A stretch of DNA of 64,000 nt from NCBI RefSeq assembly GCF_004010195.1, contig NC_057718.1:66535351-66599350 (forward strand), written 5' to 3'. Both the position numbers and the translations under genes were made by a program. Numbering within the stretch: position 1 is the first letter of the stretch; each line of letters opens with the position of its first letter. The notes beneath the pieces were generated by a model. The model was given only the letters and a program-made list of their open reading frames with translations, did not search any database and was not told the origin of the DNA. This document shows positions 38,204-51,237 of the stretch, piece by piece. This DNA is from Chiloscyllium plagiosum. Lineage: Eukaryota.

Positions 38204-39012
38204 ATACTGTAAAGACATCACAGTCAAATCCAGTGTGGTCCTCAATCATACAATTCCATTTGGGTTTGTAAGTTAGCAATCCGATGTAAGAATCTTGACT
38301 GAATTTTCATTTCCTTAACAAAGCTTAAGAAACTGAAATCAATTCTCAGGTGTAACTGAGCCAAATAACTTCAGCATGAAATGGATATCAGACTTCCGGG
38401 TCTTGGTGGATGGTTTGTATCCTGAAAATCAAACCTGGATGAATTATTTTAGGCAATAACATGCAAGCAGACCCTTTAGAAATTGATTCATTAACATTCT
38501 TGGATATTACTATTTTCTGTCCAAGTATTAATGGATGGTAGTTAGAACCATTATTTTTAGAGTCTAAGGCATTCAAACCCCAGTCGAGTATGCCAGGGCT
38601 TTGGAAGTGTTCTTGTATCCCATGTGTGCATTCTGCTCTAGAATAATTCCACAAACTACTGACTGAAAATTAATACAAGCTAATGTTGTAATTCTGACAT
38701 TGTCAATTTCATCAGAACATGTTCATTACGTAACACTCAAGATTAGTCCACTCATCTTTTGTTTAAGAGCCAGACCTCAAGGGAGATTCAGCTATATGTT
38801 CCCCTTACCCATGGAGAGTATGTTATCTGAATTCTGTTACATTCCTTTTTGCACTGACATCAAGTTTGGAAGGACAGGCAGATGATCAATAATTTAATAC
38901 AGACTGTTCCATGTGCACATAGATGTACTCTAGTGTATTCTGTTTCATCACACTATTATCAACAAGAAAATTTGCACAAATTTAATTCACTCCTGATCTG
39001 ATTTTGCCTTTA

Positions 39013-39160
39013 GAATCACAGAAACCCTAGAGTGTGGAATCAGGTCATTTTGCCCATCAAATCCACACTGACCCTCTGAAGGATATCCAGACCCAGCCCA
39101 TTCCTATAACCCCACATTTCCCAAGGCTAATCCATCTAGCCTGCACATCCCTGGACACTT
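39013..39160 (-). mobile_element. HE1-like SINE 3' fragment
   Basis: reverse-complement similarity to 42030-42160 (gatgtgcagg..tag..ggattagcc; gtgtgga.ttg.tgggc). Confidence 0.65.
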
Positions 39161-39279
39161 AGGAATTCAGCAAGATCAAATTCACCTTCCACTGAGCCAA
39201 TGTTGTTGTCCTTGTCTTTGGCAGTCTTTTAGGGATTTGCTTTTGTTCTGGAGCTTAAATATTCAACTTGCTGTTTTAG

Positions 39280-39388
39280 GTCACAGAGCTTTCAATGGGT
39301 GAGCTATTATTATACTCTTCAGTTACCTGGTTAAATCCATTCCCATCCCTGAGTCGAATGAGGAAAGATCCTGAACTGACAGTCTTTG
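39280..39388 (+). CDS. TIAM2: TIAM2 coding exon (PH start)
   Basis: ttttag|GTC...TTT G|gtaagt; VTELSMGELLLYSSVTWLNPFPSLSRMRKDPELTVF; 109 bp. Confidence 0.95.
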
Positions 39389-39624
39389 GTAAGTACTGAA
39401 TGTGGGGTTGATTAAGGGTTTTCCTTGATTTAATTAAGCTTTACCAGATTGAGTGAGTAATATGCATAAACTCTCATTTATGGTTGAGAAAAAAGCAAAT
39501 TCCCATTGGAGCAGCAAACTGAGTCCATGTGTATGTTTCTCAGTCCTCTGACCTGAGGATGCAAATGTGGTTCTGTTGTTTGAAAAGTATACAAAAGAAG
39601 TGCAAAATAATTATACTCCAGCTA

Positions 39625-40772
39625 GTCATAGAGATGTACAGTATGGAAACAACTCGTCCATGCCGACCAGGTATCCTAACCTAATCTGGTCCTATTTACC
39701 AGCACGTGGCCCATATCCCACTAAACCCTTCCTATTCATATACTCACTCAAATGCCTTTTAAATGCTGTAATTGTACTAACCCCCACCACTTCCTCTGGC
39801 AACTCATTCCATACACACACCACCCTTCGTGTTTAAAATGTTGCCCCTTAGGTCTCTTTTATACCTTTCCCCTCTCACCCTATACCTATGCTCTCTAGTT
39901 CTGGACCCCCCCACTCCAGGGAAAAGACCTTGCCTATTTATCCTCTCCATGCCCCTCATGATTTTATAAACCCCTAAGGTCACCCTTCAGCCTCTGATGC
40001 TCCAGGTAAAACAGCCCCAGCCTATTCCATCCTCTCCCTATTGCTCAAATCCTCCAACCTTGGCAACATCCTTGTAAATCTTTTCTGAACCCTTTCAAGT
40101 TTCATAACATCTTTCCGATAGGAAGGAAACCAGAATTGCACACAATGTTCCAAAATTGGCCTGACCAATGTTGTGTATAGCCACAACAGGACATTCCAAC
40201 TCATATACTCTATGCTCTGTTCAATATAGGAAAACTTTTCCGATAGGAAGGAAACCAGAATTGCACGCAATATTCCAAAATTGGCCTGACCAATGTTGTG
40301 TATAGCCACAACAGGACATTCCAACTCATATACTCTATGCTCTGTTCAATATAGGAAAACTTACCAAATGCTGTCTTCACTATCCTATGTACTTGTGACT
40401 CCACTTTCAGGGAGCTATGAATCTGCACTTTAAGGTCTCTTGTTCAGCAACACTCCCTCAGATTTTACCATTAAGTGTATAAGTCCTGCCCTGATTTGTC
40501 TTTCCAAAATGCAGAACCTCATAATTATCTAAGTTAAACTCCATCTGCCACTCCTCAGCCCATTGGCCCATCTAATCAAGATCCCATTGTACTCTGAGGT
40601 GACCTTCTTTGCTGTCCACTACATCTCTAATTTTGGTGTCATCTGCAAACTTACTAACTAAACCTCCTGTGTTTACATCCAAATAATTCTATAAATTACA
40701 AAAAGCAGTGGACCCAGCACCGATTGTTGTGGCGCGCCACTGGTCACAGGCCTCCAGTCTGAAAAGCAACTC
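39625..40772 (-). mobile_element. CR1 (HER1-like) 3' fragment containing a 125-bp tandem duplication
   Basis: LVRPILEHCVQFW..LERVQKRFTRMLP; 3' tail 'tctctatgact'. Confidence 0.92.
40113..40362. repeat. tandem duplication, 2 x 125 bp
   Basis: 40113-40237 and 40238-40362; two substitutions seen. Confidence 0.95.
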
Positions 40773-40784
40773 TTTAGTCTTTCT

Positions 40785-42345
40785 TCAATGGTGGGCAAAT
40801 TGTTAGAATCAATCCTGAGATCAGATAAACTGACAATTAGAAAGTCATGGACTAGTCCGAGATAGTCACGGTGGATTTAAGGGAAAGCTGTGTCTTTTAA
40901 ATTTGACTGTATTCTTTGAGCAAGTGACGAGGAGAATCAGAGGATGTTGTCTTTATGGATTTTAGTAAGACCCCACATGGCAAACTGATTAAAAAAAAGT
41001 AAAAACCCTTAGGATACAAGGTAATGTGTCAAAGATTCAAAGTAGGCTTAGTAACAGGAAACAAAGGGTAATAGTCGATAGTTGCACTTGTGAATGCAAA
41101 GCTGTTTGAAGTGGTGTTCTGCAGGGCTTGGTGTTGGGACCCTTGCTGTTTCTGTTATACATCGACGATTTCGATTTGGACTTGGACCTGGGGGGCACAG
41201 TTTGGAAATTTCAGACAACACAGAAGTTGGCCATGTAATGGAGTGTGGAGGATAGCTGTAAGCTCCAAAATGAGAGAAATTGGTTGGTGAAGTGGGTGAG
41301 AAAGTGGCAGATGGAGTTCAACTCAGTGTGAGGTAATGCATTTAAGGGAGGTCGAACAGTAAAATACATAAATGGGAATACACTGAGAGGGATAGATTAA
41401 GTGAGAATACCTTGGCGTGCAAGTGCATTGGTCCCTTAAGGTAGCAGTAAGGTAGATAAGGTTGTAAAGAAGGCAAATGGGGTGCTCTCATGCATTGACA
41501 GAGATATAGAATAGAAAAGTCAAAATTTCATGATTAAACTAAGACATTGGTGAAGCCACAGCTGGAGTATTGTGTGCAGTTCTGGTCACCACATTACGAG
41601 AACATAATCGCTGTGGAGAGACTGCAAAGAAGATTTACTAGAATTTTGCCAAGGCTGGGGAACTGTAACTATGAGGTGAGATTAAAGAAGTTGGAGTTGT
41701 TTTCGTTGGAACAGAAAAGGCTAAGTGTATGATTGAGATATACAAAACTCTGAGGGGATAAAGATGAAGCAGATAATAGGGACTTGAATCCTTTGGCAGT
41801 GTGTTCAAAAAACAGGAGTCATAGATTCAAGCTAAGCAGCAGAAGGGTAAGAGGGATGTGAGGAAAAACCTTTTTCTTTGAGAGTGGGTGTCTGGAATTT
41901 GCTATCTGAGATGGTGGTGGATGCAAAGACCCGGGTTCAATTCCTGCCTCAGGCGACCGACTGTGTGGAGTTTGCATATTCTCCCCGTGTCTGCGTGGGT
42001 TTCCTCCGGGTGCTCCGGTTTCCTCCCACAGTCCAAAGATGTGCAGGTCAGGTGAATTGGCCATGCTAAATCGCCCGTAGTGTTAGGTGAAGGGGTATGG
42101 GTGGGCTGCGCATCGGTGTGGACTTGTTGGGCCGAAGGACCTGTTTCCACACTGTAAGTAATCTAATCTAATCTCCATTCTTAAAAAAGTACCTGGATTT
42201 GGATCTTAAGTGCTGTAAGGTGCAGAGCTCTGTGCCGTGTTCAGGAAGATGGGATTAGAAAGGGCACCTGGGTGTCTTTGAGTTGGCATAGACATGATGG
42301 CAAAATTGGCCCCCCCTTCTATGCTGTATCATTTATATCATTCTA
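40785..42345 (+). mobile_element. old CR1 RT-to-3' fragment interrupted by an HE1 SINE
   Basis: VLQGLVLGPLLF; LVKPQLEYCVQFWSPHY..RLQRRFTRILP. Confidence 0.85.
41926..42174 (+). mobile_element. HE1-type (V-SINE) SINE, 5'-truncated
   Basis: B-box GGTTCAATTCC; V-domain 'tgtgtggagtttgca.attctccccgtgtctgcgtgggtttcctccgggtgctccggtttcctcccacagtccaaaga'; CR1-like tail and (TAATC)n end. Confidence 0.9.
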
Positions 42346-43150
42346 TTTGGAAATTGGCAGTGTAGTGCAAAGCAACTGAAAATTTCTTAATTACTTTATG
42401 ATGAGAGGTTGAAGTAGAAAAAAGCTTCAGATATCAACACCTGTTTGGCACAACAACTATCTTTCATGTATAAGTCTGGACAGGGGTGACCAATTGGCAG
42501 TAGAAAGAGATCACAGCCAAGCCCAATCATGTCCCCAACGAACATGCATACTTCCAGAATTAATCACCTAGATAATGATTAGACTGCAAACTTAAATCAA
42601 TTTGCATCCTTGCCTTGTACAATCAGGCCACTCGTAGCAACATCTTCCCTTTATCACTGTTTTACACTTAAGATTATCAAATTTACTCCAGACATCTGGA
42701 TGCCTGAGTTTCATAATACATTTATCCACTGAATTAGCAGGGAGCAAGCTGAGAATTTTTTTATTATTCATTCAGGGGCATGGGCACCACAAGTTAGGTA
42801 GGTAAGGTTGTAATGAAGGCAAATGGGCTGCTCTCATGCATTGACAGAGGTATAGAATAGAAAAGTCAAAATTTCACGATTAGACTAAGACATTGGTGAG
42901 GCCACAGCTGGAGTATTGTGTGCAGTTCTGGTCACCACATTACTAGAAGAACATAATCGCTGTGGAGAGACTGCAAACAAGATTTATTGCCCATTTATTG
43001 CCCATCCCTAATTTCCCAGATGTCAATTAATCAGTCACATTGCTGTTACATTTATATTTTTTAAAAATTGTGGTCTTGACTTTTGAGCAAAAAGATAAAA
43101 AAAATTTAGGATTGTCCTTCCTACAGTGTTACTATTTAAAATGCAGGTTG

Positions 43151-46100
43151 GGGAGAACCATGATGGCGGCAACCCAGAAAGTCTGAGTCTGTAGTGCTCT
43201 GTCCAAGACTCAGGCAAAGTGGGCTGCCCACCTCCACCACACCTGCCAAACCATTCAAAGTAACTTTTATTTAATACAGTTAGTCATTTTGCATCAAACC
43301 TGAGTAATTTGGTGCTTTGTTAAAATGACAGGCAGGAACCTCTCCCCCCACCCCCTCCCCAGCTGCAGCAGAGATGTCCGCCCCAGGGGACTTACCTACG
43401 GTGGCTAGTCTTGTTGTGTTATTACTAAGCTGGAAGAGAAAATCGACGTCTTCATAGAAGAGTCCAGAAGTAGGTGGGAATCGCTCTCGGTCGCACTGCA
43501 AAAGCACGACCGAAATATTGAAAAAAATCAAACATAGAATTGGAGGGGGCAGAGCTAAAGGCCCCGACCTCTGAGGTTGCTGCAGAATTAGCTGTGTTGG
43601 ATCCAGACTCTCGAACAGCGAGTCCGGGCCTTAGAAGATCACATCCACCTCGAGAATCGGGGCCGTCAAAAAAATATTTGTTTGCTGGGCCTTCCCGAAC
43701 GGTAAGAGGAAGGCCAGCTTGCAGTGTTTTTGGAGCAATGGCTCCCTCAGATGTTGAAGCTGGAGGCTGAATCAGGCCAGGTGCGGGTAGAATGAGCCCA
43801 CCGGGTTGCAATACGCAGGCCCGGGTCAGGCCAGCGCCCCCGCCCGGTCCTGTTCCGGCTTCAATGTTACAGAGAGAAGCAAAGCTCCTGGAAGCCTCCG
43901 GAACCCTCTGGAAAGATCCCCAGGCCATGACATATAAAGGATCTAGGGTTATGCTGTTTCAGGATTTTTCCCCAGCTTTGGTCTGCAAGAGGAGGGCGTT
44001 TGATGAAATGAAGAAGCGTCTAAGGGACTTAAACATCCAGTACTCCTTGCGCTACCCAGCGATGCTGCGTTTTGACCACGAAGGATCTGTCTATAACTTT
44101 GGATCGCCGAAGAAGGCCAAGGAATTTTTGGACTCTCTTAAATAGATTGTAAGAATTAATCCGTGTGGTTAATGATACTGTAGGGGAGTACTCATTCTCA
44201 TTTGGAAGAATCTCCCTTTCAAAACCTTAAGTCAGATAAAAGAAGAATCTGGACGGTACATACTGATTAAAGCCCTTATAAATGGAGAGGAATATGGATT
44301 TTGAATCTTTATTGTTCCCCGGCACATCCTTTCAAATTTATAATGGAAGCATTCTCCAAACTGATGGTTCTCGGGGCTCATTACACAGTTATAGGAGGAG
44401 ATTTTAATTGCGGTATGGATTCGGAGATAGACAGGATACCCAGCAGTACTGCCGGTATATCCCCCAGATCCAGGCAATTGGCGGATTTGAATAAAGAGCT
44501 AGGATTGGTAGATGTGTGGAGGTGCCTCCACCCGAGTGTCACACCAGAATTGATATGTTTTTTGCCCCCTCTACCTTTTTGAATTCCATATTATCCTGCA
44601 AAATAAGTAATATAATTTCCGATCACACTGCAGTGTATATGGAAATCCAAGACTAGGAACAACGAGATGCCCCCCCCCCCGACATTGGCGTATGGATTCT
44701 TTCTTAATAAAGGATAGTAAATTCGTAAAATATTTCTCTCAAGAATTCAAAACTTTTTTTTGGAAATTAATTCAGGTAAGGCTAGTAACTCGTCGATGAT
44801 GTGGGAGACCATTAAGGCTTATGCGCGGGGTCTGATCATTTCATACTCGGCGATCCAGAAAAAACATAAGGGAGAACAACAGCGTCTACTCGAGGCTCGC
44901 TTAAAGGCAGCTGAGACAGTGTACGTTGATAGGCCCTCTGTTGCTAAATTACAAAGGATTACGGCCCTTAGGATAGTCCTGAATACCACGCTTATCCAAA
45001 CAGCAAAGATTAATGAATATGGCGATAAGCCTGGTAGATACCTAGCGTTTCTCGCAAGGAAAAAAAAGGCCCCTCAAGTATCACGCCCATCAGGGAAAGT
45101 GTTGGTACTCTGACTCACAATCATAAAAGGATCAACACATTCTTTAGAAAGTTTTATTTTGATTTGTACAAATCGCAGGATTGTGAAGATAGAGCCAGGA
45201 AGATGGAGTCCTTTTTTAAAAGCCTGGCCTTTCTGGATTTAACCCCGGAACAGGTGTCGGTCCTGAATGCTCCCCTTACAACCCAGGAAGTACTTGATGC
45301 AATCAGGCAGCTTCAGAGTAGTAAAGCACCTGGTCCAGATGGATTTCAGCTTGAATTCTACCAAGAGTTTACAGGAGTATTAGCTGGTCCACTTCTGGAC
45401 ATGTACAACTACTCATATAGTCAAGGCTGTCTCCCGCAAATATTTCTCTCATTTTCAAAAAAGGAAAGGACCCAGAAGATTGCACATCATACAGACCAAT
45501 ATCTTTGCTAAATGTAGATTTTAAAATTCTTTCTAAAACATTAGCATTGAGGCTAGAGAGGGTATTGCCATATATCATATTAGAGGACCAGACTGGGTTT
45601 ATCAAGGGCTGTAGACCATCTAATAATATTAGAATGGTTTTGAATGTGATTAAGTCTGTCATCAGGAAAGAATACCAGGAATAGTAGTCTCATTGGACAC
45701 TGAAAAGGCATTTGACAGGGTTGAATGATCATACCTGTTCTATAGACTGGAAAGGTTTAGCGTTGGAAAGGTATTTGCTAAATGGGTCTCAATATTGTAT
45801 AATGACCCCAAAGCAGCCATGATCACCAATGGTTTAGGCTCGGATAGCTTCAGTGTGGGTAGGGGCTGCCGTCAGGGATGTCATCTCTCTCCATTACTAT
45901 TCACACTAATAATTGAGCCATTAGCAGAAGCTATACGGGCTGATTCTAATATAACGGCCCTGGGGGTTGGCACGGGTAAACATAAAATTACCCTTTATGC
46001 AGATGATGTTCTCCATTTTCTTAGTAATCCTTTGATGTCCGTGCCCCACCTGATCAAAGTTTTAATTTATTTAGTGCATTCTCAGGTTACAAAATTAACT

Positions 46101-48047
46101 TATCAAAATCGGAGGCCATGCCGATGGGTGGTCTCGCTAGTATGTCCCACTTATTGGATAGATCTCATTTTCCTATTCGGTGACCTCTGGAGGGTTTTTT
46201 ATATTTAGGTATTTTTATCACCCCAGTATTTGGCCAGCTGTACAAGGTCAATTTTGTGCATTTACTGGAAAGGATAAGGCCGGACCTTCAACGTTGGGGG
46301 GATCTTTCAATTTCTTGGCTAGGTAGAATAGCTCTAATTAAAATGAATGTCTTGCTCTGTCCCTTATCCCCTATGAGAATGCTCCCAGTGATGCTGCCAA
46401 GGTCGGCGTTGCTCAGATTATATGGTTGGCTTGGTTCTTTCATCTGGAATCATAGACGGCCCCTCATTAAGTTAAAGAAGCTACAGCTTCCACATGCAAG
46501 GGGAGGGCTGGATTTTCCAGACTTTAGGAAGTATCAGCTGAGTTCTCTATTAAGCTACATAGCCGATTGGGTCTCGTCTGACCTGCAATCAATCTGGCTG
46601 GACATCGAGGCTTCTCAAGCAAAGTGACCGCTTATAAAAATAAGATGAAAGTCATTATGGACCATTGTAAAAATCCTATAGTATTAAACACAATTAAAGC
46701 CTGGAAGATGATGCGGCAAAAAGAGGGTAATTCACATAAAACCTCCCCTTATACTCCTATAGTAGGGGCATGGGGTTTTCAACCCGGGCTCTCAGATGCC
46801 ACATTTAAATCCTGGAGGTACAGGGGGTATCCTCCTGTTTAGAGGGTCTGTTTGATGAGGGGGTATGATGTCTTTTGGACAGCTGCACCAGAAATTTGGA
46901 CTACCTAATGGAGACCCCTTTTGATACTTCCAAATTCGAGATTACATACAGAAGAAGACTACGTTATTAGATAGCCTTTATAAATCAGATAGGGAATGAA
47001 AAGTGTTGTGGCCAATGGGTTTACCCTCGGTCAGCACTCTCTACCATTTATTACATAATGAAGTTTCGGAAGATATGGAACGATTGCTTAGAACATGGGA
47101 TCAGGAATTGGGGTTGGAAATATCCACAGAAATATGGGACGACATCTGGGAAAATGACAGAAAAATCTCCACCTGTAATAGAACCCATGTCATTCAATTA
47201 AAGATACTCCATAGGATTCATATAGCACCGGAACAATTGGCAAAATTTAGGGCAGGAGCATCTCCAATGTGTCCCAAATGTAAAATAGAGGTGGGCACTC
47301 TCACACACTGCTTGTGGACATGTCATAAGATCTGCAAATACTGGGTCAGAGTAGCAAATGCTTTGATAGAAATCTTGGGAGCGGCAATTAGAGTAAATCC
47401 AGTATCTCTTTTCCTGGGCTTTTCGAGTTTGCCTTCCCTGGATGTGCACGGGAGGAAATTATTCTCCATTCTCCCATATTGTGCAAAAAGAATATCTAAG
47501 TAAACTGGGTAGCTGAGGGCCCTCCAGGACTTTCGAATTGGTATAGGTTGGTCATGGAATGTATTCCCCTTGACTTTCTTACAAATATGATGCACCAAAA
47601 AACTGAATTATTCTATAAAATATGGCAGCCCTTCCTGAATTATATAGATAGATATTTCGGTCATTCTGTCAAGGGCTTTCATCTAGCTGTGGTAGCGGTT
47701 CTGGCTGGTCCGGGGGCCTTTGGGGGAGGAATCCCGCATGAATACGGGATTTATCACGACTTGATGTGAATTCGTTCCGAGCATGTACTTCACAATTTAA
47801 TTACTATGTTATCTTTATTTTCTCTTGAGTAATGTAAGATATTTTATTATATGCTCTTTTTAGTTATAGGTTAAATTAGTGGTTAGTTGAGTTTTGTTTT
47901 GTTTTGTTTTTCTTCTTTATCTCTTTTTGTTATTAAGTTTTGGTTATTATTTATTTAATATTTAATTGTATATTAATGTTTGTATTTATGTGTATTATTT
48001 TGTAAGTTTGTAAAAACATGTTAAATTTTCAATAAAAATATCTTAAA
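43151..48047 (+). mobile_element. 5'-intact decayed L1-clade LINE (ORF1 and ORF2)
   Basis: ORF1 LENRGRQKNI.L.GLPE and FQDFSPAL..KRRAF..YSLRYPA; EN VIGGDFN, LVDVWR, SDH; RT KAPGPDGF, GCRQGCHLSPLLF, LYADD; CPKC..H..W.C; T-rich 3' UTR; AATAAA at 48031; TSD aaaatgcaggttg (43138-43150) / aaaatgcagatta (48048-48060). Confidence 0.95.
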
Positions 48048-48362
48048 AAAATGCAGATTATATCTTTACATTTTACTAATCCACCCATGGACAAGAATAA
48101 AGGAGAAACAATGGAAATATTTCAAAAAATCTATTCCTTTATTTAAAATGCAGTTTTCAGAATTTTACTTTTATTTTGGTAGAGAGAAACATGGCTTTGT
48201 TCTGTATTTATAATTAACTTCAAGATTTTGTTCACCTCTCTTTTCTAGCAACTAACATTCTGCTTAATTGTGAATGTGTCACTCCTACAACTCATATTAA
48301 GCTTTATTTAAATCAACAGCCAGAAGGCTGAGATTAACCACTATGTCTTTTTCATTCCCTAG

Positions 48363-48421
48363 TTTTTAAGCGAGCTGTCATTCTGGTGTATAAGGAGCTC
48401 TACAAATTTAAAAAGAAAACC
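48363..48421 (+). CDS. TIAM2: TIAM2 coding exon (PH)
   Basis: ttccctag|TT...ACC|gtaagt; VFKRAVILVYKELYKFKKKT; 59 bp. Confidence 0.94.
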
Positions 48422-48554
48422 GTAAGTGACACATTTAACTCTTATCAATGCATACACAGTGCCTTTTTTTTGGCATGGACCTTGCCCTTCCTTGTACAAG
48501 TATTCTCTAATTGGGTTTAAATTTTTGACTACCATAATTTGCCTTCTTTCCTAG

Positions 48555-48660
48555 GGAACAGTACCACGCTCCGCTTACATCCTTGGTGATATCGATCAGT
48601 TTAAATTCAGATGGCTGATTCCACTGTCAGCTCTTCAGGTCAGATTGGGAAATGCTGCAG
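48555..48660 (+). CDS. TIAM2: TIAM2 coding exon (PH)
   Basis: tttcctag|GGA...GCA G|gtaatt; GTVPRSAYILGDIDQFKFRWLIPLSALQVRLGNAA; 106 bp; follows a 133-bp intron. Confidence 0.94.
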
Positions 48661-48779
48661 GTAATTCAATTCAGTGATTGAAATTAAATTGCAAACCTTA
48701 GATAAATTACCCCATAAAAGACTCTTTAACAAAGTGAAAGAAAGGGCAATGAGGGGACAAGTGTCAAATGGATTGCTGG

Positions 48780-50140
48780 CTGATTTCAGCACAGTGTGTT
48801 GAACGAAGGGCTGATGGAGTTTGACTCTGATGAGTGTGAGGTAATGTGTTTAGGGAGGTCAAACAGTAAAATACATGGAATGTACTGAGGGGCATAGATG
48901 AAGTTAGACATCTTGGCGTGCAAGTGCACAGGTCCTGAAAGGTAGCAATGCAAGTAGATAAGGTTATAAAGAAGACATTTGGAATGCTCTTATTCATTGG
49001 CAGAGGTATAGAATACAAAAGTAAGGATATAAATATGAAATAAGACTCTGATGAGGGCACAACTGGAGTATTGTGTGCAGTTTTGGTCTACATAATTATT
49101 GCCCATCCCTAACTTCCCAGATGTCATTTAAGAATCAGCCACATTGCTGTTACATATACGTTTTTAAAAAAATTGTGGTCTTGACGTTTGAGCAAGAAGG
49201 ATAAAAATGGTTAGGGTCGTCCTTCCTACAGTGTTACTACTTTAAAATGCAGGTTGTATCTTTACATTTTACTAACCCACCCATGGGCAATCATAAAGGA
49301 AACTAAATAGAAATACATGGACATAATTGCTCTGGAGAGAATGCACAAGATGGGGATTGTTTACATTAACAATGGACTATGGAATTAAAAGACCAAATTC
49401 TAAGTTTTCAGAAGGCACTAAATTGGGAGGTTGTAAACACTGGAGAGGATTCATCAAATGATAGAATGATATTAGTAAACTGACAGAATGGGTTAATAAT
49501 TGACAAATTAAGTTCACCAATAAAAGTGAAGTAGGAAGATGTGTACATTTTGTAGAAGGAATAGTGAGGTCAGAGTTTACATGTAAAGTGCAAGTTTGGG
49601 TGAGGCAGAGAAACAAAGGGATCTCAGATGTAGTTAAGCTGTCACCAAAGGTTGCACCACAGGTTAGCAATGTAAAAAAAAATAAATTAAATATTAGACT
49701 TTCCTTTATACAGGGATGGAATTGAAAAATGGGAAGCTATGCTAAACCTGTATCGGGACCAGGGATATGTGCATTAGGCAAGATTTGACAGGCTGTTTTT
49801 TTGTTTTAAAATAAAGAGACTAAGGGGTACCAATGGAGTTGTTTAAATCATGATAGAGTTTTGACAGAGTACATAGAGAAAGCATGTTTCCTCTTGTGCG
49901 GAAGAACATGACTGTAGGCCATCAATATAAAAAAAAAATTCAATATAGATTTCAGAAGAACCTTCTTGACAAAACAAAATGGAACTCAATTGAAGTGAAT
50001 ATGATAGATGTATTTAAGGGGAAGCTGAACAGCATTTTGGGGAGATTCCAATATCAGATTTAGGAGCACACCAATAGGGCAGGTTCAGGTACAATACCAA
50101 CATGAACTAGTTAGACCAACTGGCCTGTTTATTTGCTGTA
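48780..50140 (+). mobile_element. old CR1 fragments, with a locally copied segment at about 49095-49317
   Basis: caactggagtattgtgtgcagttttggtc and decayed RT-to-3' UTR sequence. Confidence 0.7.
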
Positions 50141-50460
50141 TATCTTTTGAAATTTTAAAAAATATAATCCTAGTGCCCTATTTACATCCGTACAGTTCTG
50201 TGAAGCATTTCATGGATTTGGTTTGTTTTTGCATACTTTTTTTCCTTAAACAATGATTTGTTAGTCGCCAGTAAGATATAGTTATGGATCAAGACTGCTT
50301 TGTTCCTCTGATCTATGATAGTGGAACACAAGGAATGTCATCGGAAGTAACAAACATCGGTAGTAGTGGATTGATGAAGTAGTATGTGAAGGCAGTCAGT
50401 TTGGCTTTTGTATACTGTTTGCCTACATAGTTGTCAGTTTCATGATAAAAGGTAATGGTA

Positions 50461-50564
50461 GCTGAAAATGTGTTGCTGGAAAAGCGCAGCAGGTCAGGCA
50501 GCATCCAAGGAGCAGGAGAATCAACGTTTCAGGCATGAGCCCTTCTGCAGCCCTCACTTTCTCC
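50461..50564. mobile_element. 104-bp inverted PLE-terminal insertion, 14-15 bp TSD
   Basis: taaaaggtaatggta at 50446-50460 and 50565-50579; minus pLTR arm joined to plus tail 'tgcagccctcactttctcc'. Confidence 0.9.
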
Positions 50565-51149
50565 TAAAAGGTAATGGTACTAATGTGTTGGCTATGGTAG
50601 ATGAGAGGATTAAGACATTGAGTAAATTGGTTTTCAAAGATAGTACAAGTTAATAGAATAGTGCAATGTAAGAAGATTTTCTGACTACTTATGGTCCATT
50701 TTGCAATTACATTGAAACCAAATCTCCTCACGACAGTATTTTAAGGGGAGTGATTTAATATAAATGCACCCCACATAATCAATAAAACTTTATTTTCCAC
50801 AATTAAATTTATTTTTAAGCTCTTTTGTGCCCAAATGTATGACAATACAAGCAAGCATTTTATTCTAACTGTTGAAAAGTCCTCCACAGAGCTATAACTA
50901 TTTTTGTAAAACAGCATAGAAATTGATTTTACCAGCAGTAACCTTCAAGAACCATTCCAATTAATTCCATGAATGTGATTTGAGTTTTCTGTAAGACCTG
51001 ATTATTTTAGAGGCCATTGCAGCTTTTTAAGGGTCTTGGTTTACAGCTCTTGTTCCAGAAACTCCAGAATCAGGAAGTGGCATAAAAACATTGCAAGAGA
51101 CATTTTCATTCTGCAGTTGCCTTCACTAATTGGTTCTCTTTTTGTTCAG

Positions 51150-51237
51150 GGACAGACACCAACTGCATCTGGGAATTAATCCACACTAAATCTGAATTAG
51201 AAGGACGGCCTGAAACAATTTTTCAGTTGTGTAGCAG
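51150..51237 (+). CDS. TIAM2: TIAM2 coding exon (PH)
   Basis: ttgttcag|GG...AG|gtaact; GTDTNCIWELIHTKSELEGRPETIFQLCS; 88 bp. Confidence 0.95.

Noticed and set aside
41926..41950. tRNA genes at GGTTCAATTCC / GGTTCAAATCC B-boxes (also about 58947)
   Set aside because: No cloverleaf; they continue into SINE bodies
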